64,000 bases of DNA from Salinivirgaceae bacterium (GTDB lineage Bacteria; Bacteroidota; Bacteroidia; Bacteroidales; SZUA-534). A program made the position numbers and the translations under genes. Below, piece after piece: positions 28,777-37,424 of the stretch; positions within the stretch are counted from its first letter, which is position 1; each line of letters opens with the position of its first letter. The stretch lies in contig JAEINW010000001.1 in NCBI GenBank assembly GCA_016342715.1, forward strand, positions 5,984 through 69,983, in the 5' to 3' direction. The notes under the pieces are model-generated. The model was not told the DNA's origin and searched no databases. It saw nothing but the letters and a program-made list of their open reading frames with translations.

Positions 28777-31377
28777 ATGTTTAAAGGAATTATTAAATAC
28801 AATTCATTTTTTTTTACGCTACCAATACTAGCTTCTTTAGCTTTAATATTTAGAGCTTTATTGCCATTTCAGTTAGCTCTTTCAGGCGGAGCTTTTTTTG
28901 TTTTTAGTGTATTTTATCTATTTAAATTTTCATTAAAAGATATTTTCAATGATGTAATAAGTGCATTAAAGAGTGGAATTTTATTCTTTACCGTTGCATT
29001 AATTTTATTGATAGTAATAGCATACTCTAAAACAGGATTATCAATAGTTGAGAAAGAGGCTTTTAGAGTTATATCTAGTATAATAATGTTTGTACTGTTA
29101 TATATTGTATCTAAAAGAAAAGGAATTGTATTCGTAATAAATAAATTTATAGATCTTTTCTTACTGTTTGTTTTAGTAATAGTATTCTATGCTATATATA
29201 GGCTTTCGAATCCTTTATATTCTCTTAGTTTGTTTTCCAGAAGCATTGATTTCAATATGTTCTCGATGTATCTTATAATGACTATAATTTTGATAGCTTA
29301 TAAATTACATAATAAAAAATATTCTAAGTGGAAGATTTACGGATTTAATTTATTTCTTTTTATATTAACAATAATTATTATTTTTTCTTCTTCACGAAGA
29401 GGAATAATTATATTAGGAGCCTTGTTTATTGTAATCCTTTGTGGGTTAATCATTAGGAGTTATCGAAAGACCTCAAAAAAGTTTGGTTTGTATTTTATTC
29501 TACTTACGCTTTTAGTAACTACTTCATTTTTTATTGTTGCAAATAACAATTTAAGATATTATTTAACTACTCAAATTAAATCAAATTCATTTAAGTGGAA
29601 ACTAAATGCAATTGCATCTGATTATAATTCTATTGTAAGTAAAGATCCAAACATCATACATTTTTTTCATCCTTTACCCGTGGGTTCAAAAACTATTAGA
29701 AAAGAAATTTTAAAAAATTATAGTAAAAATCAGGATGTAAATAGTGTATATCAAAGTATAAATAACTTAGCACTTTTTACTAAATCAAGAAAAGAGCTTA
29801 ATTCTTTAATTAAAGAGGCAAAGATAATTCCAGATACTATTTTTACGAAACAAAATACAATACAATTACCTAATTACTACAATTTAGATTATAATTTTAA
29901 ATACAGCTTTATACCTATTAGTTTTGGTAATTGCGAATTAAGATCTTTTACGCCAAACGTTAATGATTCTACTTTTGTTTTTCAATCACTTAAGCCAAAT
30001 GATAGATGTAGAATACTTAGCTTTTTACCACTAAGTGATAGTTCAAGATTTACTTTGGAATTTACTTATTTTGATTCTCAGCAATCAACTAACATTAAAA
30101 TCTTTGATAAGAAAAGAAATCCATTACCATTTGTATTGATGGATACGGTAGTAAATATTGGAGTAAATAAGTTTAAAAAACAATATAGAGTTGAAATATT
30201 TGATGCTGAATCCGATCAACTTTGTATTGAGATTGATTTTGTTGCTCCTTATTTAAAAATGTCAAATGTCAATTGGACGAGACAAAGTTTATCCTCTGAA
30301 GCAAAGTATTCTCCTGTAAAAGCAATTTTTAATAAACAAGATTATAATAAAAGAATTGATTTAATAAAAAAATTACATAATCCTAATCAGCATTTATTAA
30401 TTAATAGAGATTCTTTATTGTTAATCCATGATTTAATTTTAGCCAACGAAGATTTTAGAAATTATGCAAGATGCGAAATTGATAGTATAACAAATACTAA
30501 TGCATTTTTTAATGTAACTGATAATTATGGTGCTGTAATGAAAAAAGTACCAACAATCCCAGGGCAGAAATATGTTGTGTCGTATTATACCAATATTGAT
30601 CCTCAAAATTTGTTTTATAGAGTTGGCAGATACCCTCAGGTTGAACCTGAATTTACTAAAATAGTTGAGCTTAAAAAAGAGTTTACAAAAGAGGGTGAAT
30701 TGTTTTTTGTTAAGGATTCATTTATAGTTGAAGATTGTCTCTCCCTTCGTTCAAGTTTGGTAATTGGGTCAAAAATTAAAGATGATTCTTTAGTTGTTTC
30801 AAAATTTAAATACAAAATATATCCAGATACTAAAGAAATATGTCTTTCTCCTCGTCAATTAAAAGGTGCTCAAGAATTATTCAGAATGGCAAATATTGCT
30901 GATAGACAAAATGCACGATCTATTCAAGATAGTTTATTGAATTTTTATGGGTTAAATTTACCAACAAAAGAAACGGATTTACTTACAGGTCGCTTATTAC
31001 ATTATAAGTTAGGATTTAGTTTGTTTAAAAGATATAATTTAATAGCCAAGTTGATAGGCAATCAATTTAGTTATTTAAATATTTATGGGAAAGTTTTTTA
31101 CTCAGAAGATACGGATTATGGGTATCCACACAATCCTGTGATATCAGCAGTTTTATATTCTGGGGTTGTAGGAGGTATTCTATATTTATGGTTTTTGGTA
31201 TTAGCAATAGTTAAGTATATAAAAGGAAGGAAGAAATTTTCAATATTTTTTATTTTGTTCATTATTGCTTTTGCATTCTCATTTTTTAGTGGAAATAGTC
31301 ACTTCTCAATTCCAATTTTTACATTGCTATCTTTTATTCCATTTCTTAATACTAAAACAATAACTAATAATGACTAA
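28777..31377 (+). CDS. Wzy_C/O-antigen-ligase-like membrane protein with a ~530-aa extracytoplasmic insert
   Basis: N-terminal transmembrane bundle with FSSSRRG. The C-terminal YGYPHNPVISAVLYSGVVGG plus transmembrane segments is collinear with the equivalent part of 37425..39371. Residues ~257-785 are non-hydrophobic. Confidence 0.55.
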   Translation: MFKGIIKYNSFFFTLPILASLALIFRALLPFQLALSGGAFFVFSVFYLFKFSLKDIFNDVISALKSGILFFTVALILLIVIAYSKTGLSIVEKEAFRVISSIIMFVLLYIVSKRKGIVFVINKFIDLFLLFVLVIVFYAIYRLSNPLYSLSLFSRSIDFNMFSMYLIMTIILIAYKLHNKKYSKWKIYGFNLFLFILTIIIIFSSSRRGIIILGALFIVILCGLIIRSYRKTSKKFGLYFILLTLLVTTSFFIVANNNLRYYLTTQIKSNSFKWKLNAIASDYNSIVSKDPNIIHFFHPLPVGSKTIRKEILKNYSKNQDVNSVYQSINNLALFTKSRKELNSLIKEAKIIPDTIFTKQNTIQLPNYYNLDYNFKYSFIPISFGNCELRSFTPNVNDSTFVFQSLKPNDRCRILSFLPLSDSSRFTLEFTYFDSQQSTNIKIFDKKRNPLPFVLMDTVVNIGVNKFKKQYRVEIFDAESDQLCIEIDFVAPYLKMSNVNWTRQSLSSEAKYSPVKAIFNKQDYNKRIDLIKKLHNPNQHLLINRDSLLLIHDLILANEDFRNYARCEIDSITNTNAFFNVTDNYGAVMKKVPTIPGQKYVVSYYTNIDPQNLFYRVGRYPQVEPEFTKIVELKKEFTKEGELFFVKDSFIVEDCLSLRSSLVIGSKIKDDSLVVSKFKYKIYPDTKEICLSPRQLKGAQELFRMANIADRQNARSIQDSLLNFYGLNLPTKETDLLTGRLLHYKLGFSLFKRYNLIAKLIGNQFSYLNIYGKVFYSEDTDYGYPHNPVISAVLYSGVVGGILYLWFLVLAIVKYIKGRKKFSIFFILFIIAFAFSFFSGNSHFSIPIFTLLSFIPFLNTKTITNND

Positions 31378-32257
31378 GATATCTATCATAGGCTCTGATT
31401 CTTTCATAGCCACTCAATTTCACAATTCAATCGAAAACGAGGAAAATATAAAATTATTTTCCCGTCAGTCATCAGGCAAGCAAAATGAAATTGTAAAAGA
31501 TTTATTTCAAATTACAGCAAATAATTTCATAGGAGCTGAAGTTGTAATCAATTTTGCTGCAATAGTTCATCAGCCAAAACTTAAAGATGAGGCGATATAC
31601 AAAAAGGTAAATACAGAATTACCCATTCATTTAGCTAAAGAAGCAAAAAAAGCAGGAGTGAAACACTTTATTCAAATGAGTACTGTTGCAGTTTACGGGA
31701 ATGTTACATCAATTGATGAAAATATGCTTGAGAATCCAGTAAATATTTATGGTAAATCCAAACTGAATGCTGATAACGCTTTGTTAGCTATGCAGAATGA
31801 AAACTTTAAAGTGAGTATTATTCGTCCTCCAATGGTATATGGTGGTGGAAATGCTCCAGGTAATTTAATGAGTTTAATCAGGGCAGCTCAAAAAGGAATT
31901 CCAATGCCATTCAAAGGAGTGAATAATGCAAGAGATTTCATTCATGTAAGTAACTTGGTGCAGGCATTAAATTTAGTTGTTGCTAATACAATTACCGGAG
32001 TTGCTATTCCAACCGATAATAGTCCGGTATCAACTGAAGCAATTATAAATTTTGTAAAACTTCATTCGTCGAAGCGAGTTCGGCAGATTCAAATTCCTAA
32101 ATTTGCACATGTTCTTGTGAAAAAGATGCTTCCTTCCATTTATACTAAAGTCTTTGGTGATTTAAGAGTGCAATGTAATTTGCCTGATACTTATCAACCT
32201 AAATATGGAATTGAAGAAGGATTAAAAGAGATGGTTGCAACGATTGAAGTCATTTAA
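31370..32257 (+). CDS. NAD-dependent epimerase/dehydratase-family protein
   Basis: SDR fold with YGKSKLNAD (YxxxK). The N-terminal glycine motif is degenerate (IIGSDSFIA). Confidence 0.6.
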   Translation: MTKISIIGSDSFIATQFHNSIENEENIKLFSRQSSGKQNEIVKDLFQITANNFIGAEVVINFAAIVHQPKLKDEAIYKKVNTELPIHLAKEAKKAGVKHFIQMSTVAVYGNVTSIDENMLENPVNIYGKSKLNADNALLAMQNENFKVSIIRPPMVYGGGNAPGNLMSLIRAAQKGIPMPFKGVNNARDFIHVSNLVQALNLVVANTITGVAIPTDNSPVSTEAIINFVKLHSSKRVRQIQIPKFAHVLVKKMLPSIYTKVFGDLRVQCNLPDTYQPKYGIEEGLKEMVATIEVI

Positions 32258-32306
32258 TTATTTCTTTTTCACCTGAACAAGGCTTAAAAGAAGTTATGGA
32301 ATCGGT

Positions 32307-33092
32307 TTAAAACAACAAGGCAAACCCCTTATCTCTTTTCTTATATTTTTCAAGTTCCAGTTTGAAAAACTTGCTTTGTTGCAAACATATAAAATCCCTA
32401 AAAATAGTGAGATCTTCAAGTTCTTCCGTTTTGTTAAGAGCCTCAATATAGGCAGCTCGGTCTTCTGTAAATATTTTCAGTAAGGGTTCGTTGTGGTAAA
32501 ATTGAATGTAATTCATTAACAATCTGGCAGTTCTTCCGTTTCCATCGCCAAAAGGGTGAATGTTTATAAAGTTATAATGAAAATCGGCAGCCAGTTTTAA
32601 TACATCATTTTCATTAACATTAGCTAATTTATCATTTATATTTTTAAGTAGTTGGTTCAACAGGGATTCAACTTTTTTAAAATCGGGAAAATATTTTTTA
32701 TCCACATAAACCTGAGCAAGTCGCAAATCACCTTTTGAAGTATCAAAAGAATCACCCATGGAGTTTACTTTGCCTCCAGTATGTTGCATTACTATTGCAG
32801 CAGTCTCTTTCAAAAAATCAATAGATAGGCTACATTTTGCCTGCGCTTTTTCCTTTATAAATAAGAAGGCATTATAATGGTCTTTTACCATTAAGTGGTC
32901 TGTCAATGGTTTGCCATTTGCAGTAATGCCATTTTCCAATAATATTATAGTGTCATTTTCACTAAGTGAGCAGCCTTCAATTTTGGTAGAATGGTAAACC
33001 ATAGAAATCATAGATAATTTCTCATAATCGATTACCTGATCAAGGTTTAGATCAAGATATTTTTTTCTTAATAATTCCAATTCTTTCCACAT
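32307..33092 (-). CDS. Fic-family protein (putative AMPylase) with an N-terminal auto-inhibitory motif
   Basis: Fic motif HPFGDGNGRTARLL. STKIEG matches the (S/T)xxxE(G/N) inhibitory-helix motif. Confidence 0.9.
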   Translation of the reverse strand: MWKELELLRKKYLDLNLDQVIDYEKLSMISMVYHSTKIEGCSLSENDTIILLENGITANGKPLTDHLMVKDHYNAFLFIKEKAQAKCSLSIDFLKETAAIVMQHTGGKVNSMGDSFDTSKGDLRLAQVYVDKKYFPDFKKVESLLNQLLKNINDKLANVNENDVLKLAADFHYNFINIHPFGDGNGRTARLLMNYIQFYHNEPLLKIFTEDRAAYIEALNKTEELEDLTIFRDFICLQQSKFFKLELEKYKKRDKGFALLF

Positions 33093-33177
33093 GTGTGCAA
33101 AATTAGGATAAAATATATTGTTGATGGTAATATAAGTGGTTATTTTTGCATTTCTCTTTCTATAATTCGTTAATATT

Positions 33178-33340
33178 CGTGGCTAAAATATTTTTACTAT
33201 GATATTTTTTACCTTATACTTTTTATAGCAGCGCTAGGCTTAACCTATTTAGTTCGTTTCTTAGCCCTCAAAAAATACATAATTGATAACCCCAATGAGC
33301 GCAGTTCACATACCATTCCAACATCGTGGTGGTGGGTTGG
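33178..33340 (+). pseudogene. Decayed duplicate of the 5' end (plus ~20 nt upstream) of the wecA-like gene at 36419
   Basis: Aligns by eye at about four-fifths identity to 36398-36560. A 1-nt deletion after the ATG (33199) gives a stop at codon 10. The corrected frame reads YLILFIAALGLTYLVRFLALKKYIIDNPNERSSHTIPT and then diverges. Confidence 0.75.
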
Positions 33341-33502
33341 TAAAAGTCAATTAATCCCAAAATTGTCATTAGACTTCATCTAATTTGCAATTCGATAAAG
33401 AATATCTAAACCTTTCAACGATGCTGAAAGGTAAGATTTTCTAGATACGTCTTACGGCTGTTGTCATTGAAGATTTTGCAAATCTCTAATGACAAATCTC
33501 GG

Positions 33503-34696
33503 TTAATATAAAAAGCCAAACATCCATAAAGGGATTGTTTTGTTAACACCCGTTTCTATATTGTCTTTTACTAAATAGGCATCGCTTATTGTATTTATTT
33601 GTTGTCGTGTTTTATTTTTTCCTCCTACTTCAAAAGTATATTTATCGTCAATTAAAAAATCACCGTTTTTTGGTAAATTTATTTTGTGTTGGTATGACAA
33701 CTGATTTATGAAGAAGGTTTCCCTCAGGTTTCCGCTTACTGCATTTTCTTCAGCAATGGAATATATTAAGTTAGTGTTTCTTAGGTGCAATTTTTCTGGT
33801 TTACTTAATTGGCTAACACCTTTGTTGCTTTGGTGTAGTTGGATTAATAAATGAGCCTTTTCTAAAAGCACCAAAGCTTTTATCATAAAGGGTCGAGAGA
33901 GTTCAATTTTTTCGCTTAGTTTACTAATGTTGGGTGTGAATGGAACACTTGTGGCAACTGAAAAAAGCAGTTTTTTAAGTTTAACAATATGGTTATAATC
34001 CAGATTTTCAATGGCACCCAAATCAACATCTAATATAAGTTGAATGGTATTCATTACTTTTTGATAGTAGTCTTCAATACCTTCAATAAAATATGGATAC
34101 TGGCCGTATTTTAGATATTTATTGAATTCAAATACCGGTTTGATTTTTTTTAAAATATCAAAGGATATTTCTTGATGGTTTTCTAATATTTCATCCAATT
34201 TTAATTCAGGTAGTTTAATTTGACTTTCTAATTCAATAAACTCACGGAGCGATAATTCTGGTAATTCAAAAGTGATGGCTCTTCTGCTTAAATCAGATTC
34301 AGCTTGAAAAATATTGAGTATGGATGAGGAGGTGAAAAGTACCTGCAAGCTTGGAAAATCATCATAAATTAGCTTTAATTCTCGCGACCAATTGGGGTAT
34401 TTGTGAACCTCATCTATTAATAAATGTTTACCATTATTAATAACGAATTGTTCAGCCAGACTGTAAAGCGTATTTTTTGTAAAGAAGAGATCATCCATGG
34501 CAAAATAGAGTACAGAATTATCTATAGGTAAAAATTTTTTAGCATACTGCAAAAGTAGGGTGGTTTTGCCGATACCTCGTGCACCTTTAATCGCAATTAA
34601 ACGGTGCTTAAATATGTTCTCACTTATTAGAAACCGTTGAAAAGTTAAGTTTATTTGTTCAATTTTGCGGTTCGATTTTATAAGTAATTTTTCCAT
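33503..34696 (-). CDS. AAA-family ATPase (AAA_14 + DUF4143 type, COG1373-like)
   Basis: Walker A GARGIGKTTLLLQ, Walker B LLIDEVHKYP, 397 aa. Confidence 0.75.
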   Translation of the reverse strand: MEKLLIKSNRKIEQINLTFQRFLISENIFKHRLIAIKGARGIGKTTLLLQYAKKFLPIDNSVLYFAMDDLFFTKNTLYSLAEQFVINNGKHLLIDEVHKYPNWSRELKLIYDDFPSLQVLFTSSSILNIFQAESDLSRRAITFELPELSLREFIELESQIKLPELKLDEILENHQEISFDILKKIKPVFEFNKYLKYGQYPYFIEGIEDYYQKVMNTIQLILDVDLGAIENLDYNHIVKLKKLLFSVATSVPFTPNISKLSEKIELSRPFMIKALVLLEKAHLLIQLHQSNKGVSQLSKPEKLHLRNTNLIYSIAEENAVSGNLRETFFINQLSYQHKINLPKNGDFLIDDKYTFEVGGKNKTRQQINTISDAYLVKDNIETGVNKTIPLWMFGFLY

Positions 34697-34858
34697 ATGT
34701 TGTAATTATATATTTACAAATATAGTAAATAATGTTATTCGTTAATAACAAAAAGGGTTTATTATTGAAAATTATAAATAACATTCAATTTATTTTGTTT
34801 AATCTGTATGCTTAATTTTTTGTTTGTTAGTTTGATAATATCTTCCTCTACTCTTTTT

Positions 34859-34920
34859 AAATTCGTGAAAATTCGTGTACTTAGCGCAGCGTTCTTAGGA
34901 GCGTAGCGAATAAATTCGTG
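34859..34920 (+). repeat. Three AAATTCGTG direct repeats around a GC-rich core
   Basis: Copies at 34859-34867, 34869-34877 and 34912-34920. Core is TACTTAGCGCAGCGTTCTTAGGAGCGTAGCGAA. Lies 17-78 nt upstream of the ATG at 34937. Confidence 0.5.
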
Positions 34921-34936
34921 CTTAAAGAATATTATT

Positions 34937-36322
34937 ATGCATTTAAACCAGATACTGACTTCTGGAGAAAACGAACAAACAGAATTTAAGTTAATTTGGA
35001 AAACAGATTGGCTTAAAACTATTTGTGCATTTTCAAATACCAAAGGTGGTGTTTTAATAATTGGTGTTTCTGATACTGGTGAAATTGAAGGGATTAAAAA
35101 TAGTAAGAAACTTATTGAAGATATTCCAAATACCATTTTAAACCAACTTGCAATTATTTGTTCAGTGGAATTAAAATTGGTTGAAAATAAAGACATTATC
35201 CTTGTTGAGATAAAACCATCTTATGCACCGGTGTCTTTTAGAGGTGTTTTTTATGCTAGGAGTGGTGCTGTTACATTGGCCTTGAATGGGGGCGAATTAT
35301 CCAAATTTTTACTTAAGAAATATGGAAAAACCTGGGATGATGTTATTGTAGATAATTTCACAATTCATGATATCAATATTGAAACTATTGAGTTTTTTAA
35401 ATCATTGGCTAAAAATCGTATGCCATTTTTGGAAAAAGAAAGTGATTTGAAAGTACTATTGGAGAAACTAAACCTTTTTGATGGAGAATACTTAAAGCGA
35501 GCTGCTGTTTTACTTTTTGGCAAAAATCCACAAAAGTTTTTTATTCAATCGCATTCAAAAATTGGAAGATTCAAATCTGAAACAAATATTATTTCAAGTG
35601 ATGTTGTGGAGGGTAATCTTTTTCAACAAGTTCAAGAGATACTTACTGTTTTACGAAATAAGTATTTAAAAAATGAGATTAGCTTTGAAGGGATATATCG
35701 AAAAGAGGAACTTGAGTATCCTGAAGCTGCATTACGAGAGGCAATAATAAATGCATTAATTCATCGCGACTATACAAATAATTCAAATTTGCAGATTAAA
35801 GTGTATGACTCTAAGTTGGTTTTGACAAATGGAGCTGATTTGCCAAGTCAATTGAATATAAATGATTTAGATAAACCCCATCCTTCTTTACCAACAAATC
35901 CCACTATTGCAGCAATTTTTTATAAGGCAGGTCTTATTGAAAACTGGGGGCGAGGAACTATAAATATGATTGAGGAGTGCATTGCTAAAGGCTTACCCAT
36001 TCCGGAGTATAAATATGAATTTACAACTTTTCAAATTGTATTTCATAAAAATGACACTGTAAATGACACTGTAAATGACACTGTAAATGACACTGTAAAT
36101 GACACTGTAAATGACACTAAAGAAAATCGTAATGAATTGATATTGAATTTAATCAAGAGTAATAATAAGATAACGTTACTTGAGATGGCCTCAGTATGTG
36201 GTGTGTCACTTCGAACAATTACAAGAGATATTGAAAAATTTAAAAAAATGGGTGTTTTGATCCGAGAGGGCAGTGATAAAACAGGACACTGGAAAGTAAA
36301 AAGCAACGAAGTATCTAAATGA
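34937..36322 (+). CDS. COG2865-type putative regulator (AlbA_2/Schlafen-like + ATPase-like + wHTH), paralog of 11834..13210
   Basis: GENEQTEFKLIW...FSNTKGGVLIIG, LREAIINALIHRDY, C-terminal ITLLEMASVCGVSLRTITRDIEKFKKMGVL. Has an (NDTV)5 linker. Confidence 0.7.
   Translation: MHLNQILTSGENEQTEFKLIWKTDWLKTICAFSNTKGGVLIIGVSDTGEIEGIKNSKKLIEDIPNTILNQLAIICSVELKLVENKDIILVEIKPSYAPVSFRGVFYARSGAVTLALNGGELSKFLLKKYGKTWDDVIVDNFTIHDINIETIEFFKSLAKNRMPFLEKESDLKVLLEKLNLFDGEYLKRAAVLLFGKNPQKFFIQSHSKIGRFKSETNIISSDVVEGNLFQQVQEILTVLRNKYLKNEISFEGIYRKEELEYPEAALREAIINALIHRDYTNNSNLQIKVYDSKLVLTNGADLPSQLNINDLDKPHPSLPTNPTIAAIFYKAGLIENWGRGTINMIEECIAKGLPIPEYKYEFTTFQIVFHKNDTVNDTVNDTVNDTVNDTVNDTKENRNELILNLIKSNNKITLLEMASVCGVSLRTITRDIEKFKKMGVLIREGSDKTGHWKVKSNEVSK
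36050..36118 (+). repeat. Perfect 12-bp tandem repeat, 5 full copies plus 9 nt, in-frame
   Basis: AATGACACTGTA x5 followed by AATGACACT. Encodes NDTV x5 + NDT. Confidence 0.95.
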
Positions 36323-36418
36323 TTAATAAATATGATTTTTTCATTATAAGCAGAACGCTTCCAAAGAACTGATACTTTAATAATTTATTTTCTAATTTGT
36401 GACTTATATATTTTAACT

Positions 36419-37402
36419 ATGATTATCTTTTACCTTATACTTTTTATTTCAGCTATTGGCTTAACCTACTTGGTTCGTTTATTGGCCATCAAAAAGAACA
36501 TTTTTGATAATCCCAACGAGCGTAGTTCACATACCATTCCAACACCACGCGGAGGTGGTTTGGCTATTGTTATTGTCTGGTTTTTAGGCTTAGGCTATTT
36601 GTTTTGGGCTGGGCAAATAGAGCAAAACCTGTTTTTGGCTTTACTATCAGGACTTGTTTTAGCTATAGTGAGTTTATTGGATGATATTATGGATTTGAAA
36701 CCAACTATTAGAATGTTGGCTCAAAGTATATCTGCTGTAGGAGCATTATATTTCCTTGGAGGGTTTCATATCTTACCAGAACTAAATAATCCGATTTTAT
36801 TTTGGCTAATAAATATTGGTGTTTTTATTGGAATTATCTGGTTCATTAATCTTTATAACTTTCTAGATGGTATTGATGCCTATGCATCGCAAGAAGCTAT
36901 TTTTGTTGCTGCTGGTTTGTTAATATTTACAGGGAATCCCATTCTAGGCTTATTAATCGTGGCCGTAGGAGGGTTCTTAGTTTGGAATTGGCCCAAAGCT
37001 AAAATATTTATGGGTGATGTTGGTAGTACACAATTGGGATTTATTTTAGTGGTTTTAGGTATTTATTTTCATAATAAAATAGAGTTGGATATTTTTAGTT
37101 GGCTGGTGCTGACATCTATATTTTGGTTCGACGCTTCTTATACACTTTTTAGGAGATGGAGGAATAAGGAAAAATTAAGTGTAGCTCATAAAAAGCATGC
37201 TTATCAGAGGCTTATTCAAGGAGGCTTTTCTCATTTGAAGGTAGATGTGCTTGCTATTGGATTAAACAGTCTTTTAATAGGCTTGGTTTATTTAAATAAA
37301 TTATATTTTTCCACTGGAATTTTATTGTTGTTAATTGTTATCGGTTTGCTTTTCTTTGTCAATAGTAGAGTGGATAAATTTTTTCCATTTAAAAATGATT
37401 AA
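36419..37402 (+). CDS. WecA/MraY-family (GT4 polytopic) UDP-HexNAc:undecaprenyl-phosphate HexNAc-1-P transferase
   Basis: NFLDGIDAYAS, MGDVGSTQLGF, ~10 transmembrane segments, 327 aa. Confidence 0.85.
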   Translation: MIIFYLILFISAIGLTYLVRLLAIKKNIFDNPNERSSHTIPTPRGGGLAIVIVWFLGLGYLFWAGQIEQNLFLALLSGLVLAIVSLLDDIMDLKPTIRMLAQSISAVGALYFLGGFHILPELNNPILFWLINIGVFIGIIWFINLYNFLDGIDAYASQEAIFVAAGLLIFTGNPILGLLIVAVGGFLVWNWPKAKIFMGDVGSTQLGFILVVLGIYFHNKIELDIFSWLVLTSIFWFDASYTLFRRWRNKEKLSVAHKKHAYQRLIQGGFSHLKVDVLAIGLNSLLIGLVYLNKLYFSTGILLLLIVIGLLFFVNSRVDKFFPFKND

Positions 37403-37424
37403 TTGATAAAGTACTTTAAAAAAT

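Noticed and set aside
34762-35196. A 144-aa minus-strand ORF spanning the ATPase/COG2865 divergent promoter and the 5' end of the COG2865 gene.
   Set aside because: It overlaps a much better-supported plus-strand gene and the AAATTCGTG repeat region. It has a low-complexity hydrophobic translation and no motif. I treat it as spurious.
36050-36118. Whether the 12-bp tandem repeat could be a CRISPR array or a phase-variation switch.
   Set aside because: The repeats are contiguous with no spacers, lie inside an ORF and are in frame. They are therefore not a CRISPR array, and copy-number change would not switch the frame on or off.
32307-36322. Calling the Fic/AAA/COG2865 island a mobile element or a named defence system.
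   Set aside because: I found no integrase, transposase, terminal inverted repeats or target-site duplication. The gene combination does not match a defence system I can name. I report it only as an insertion or recombination scar with defence-like content.
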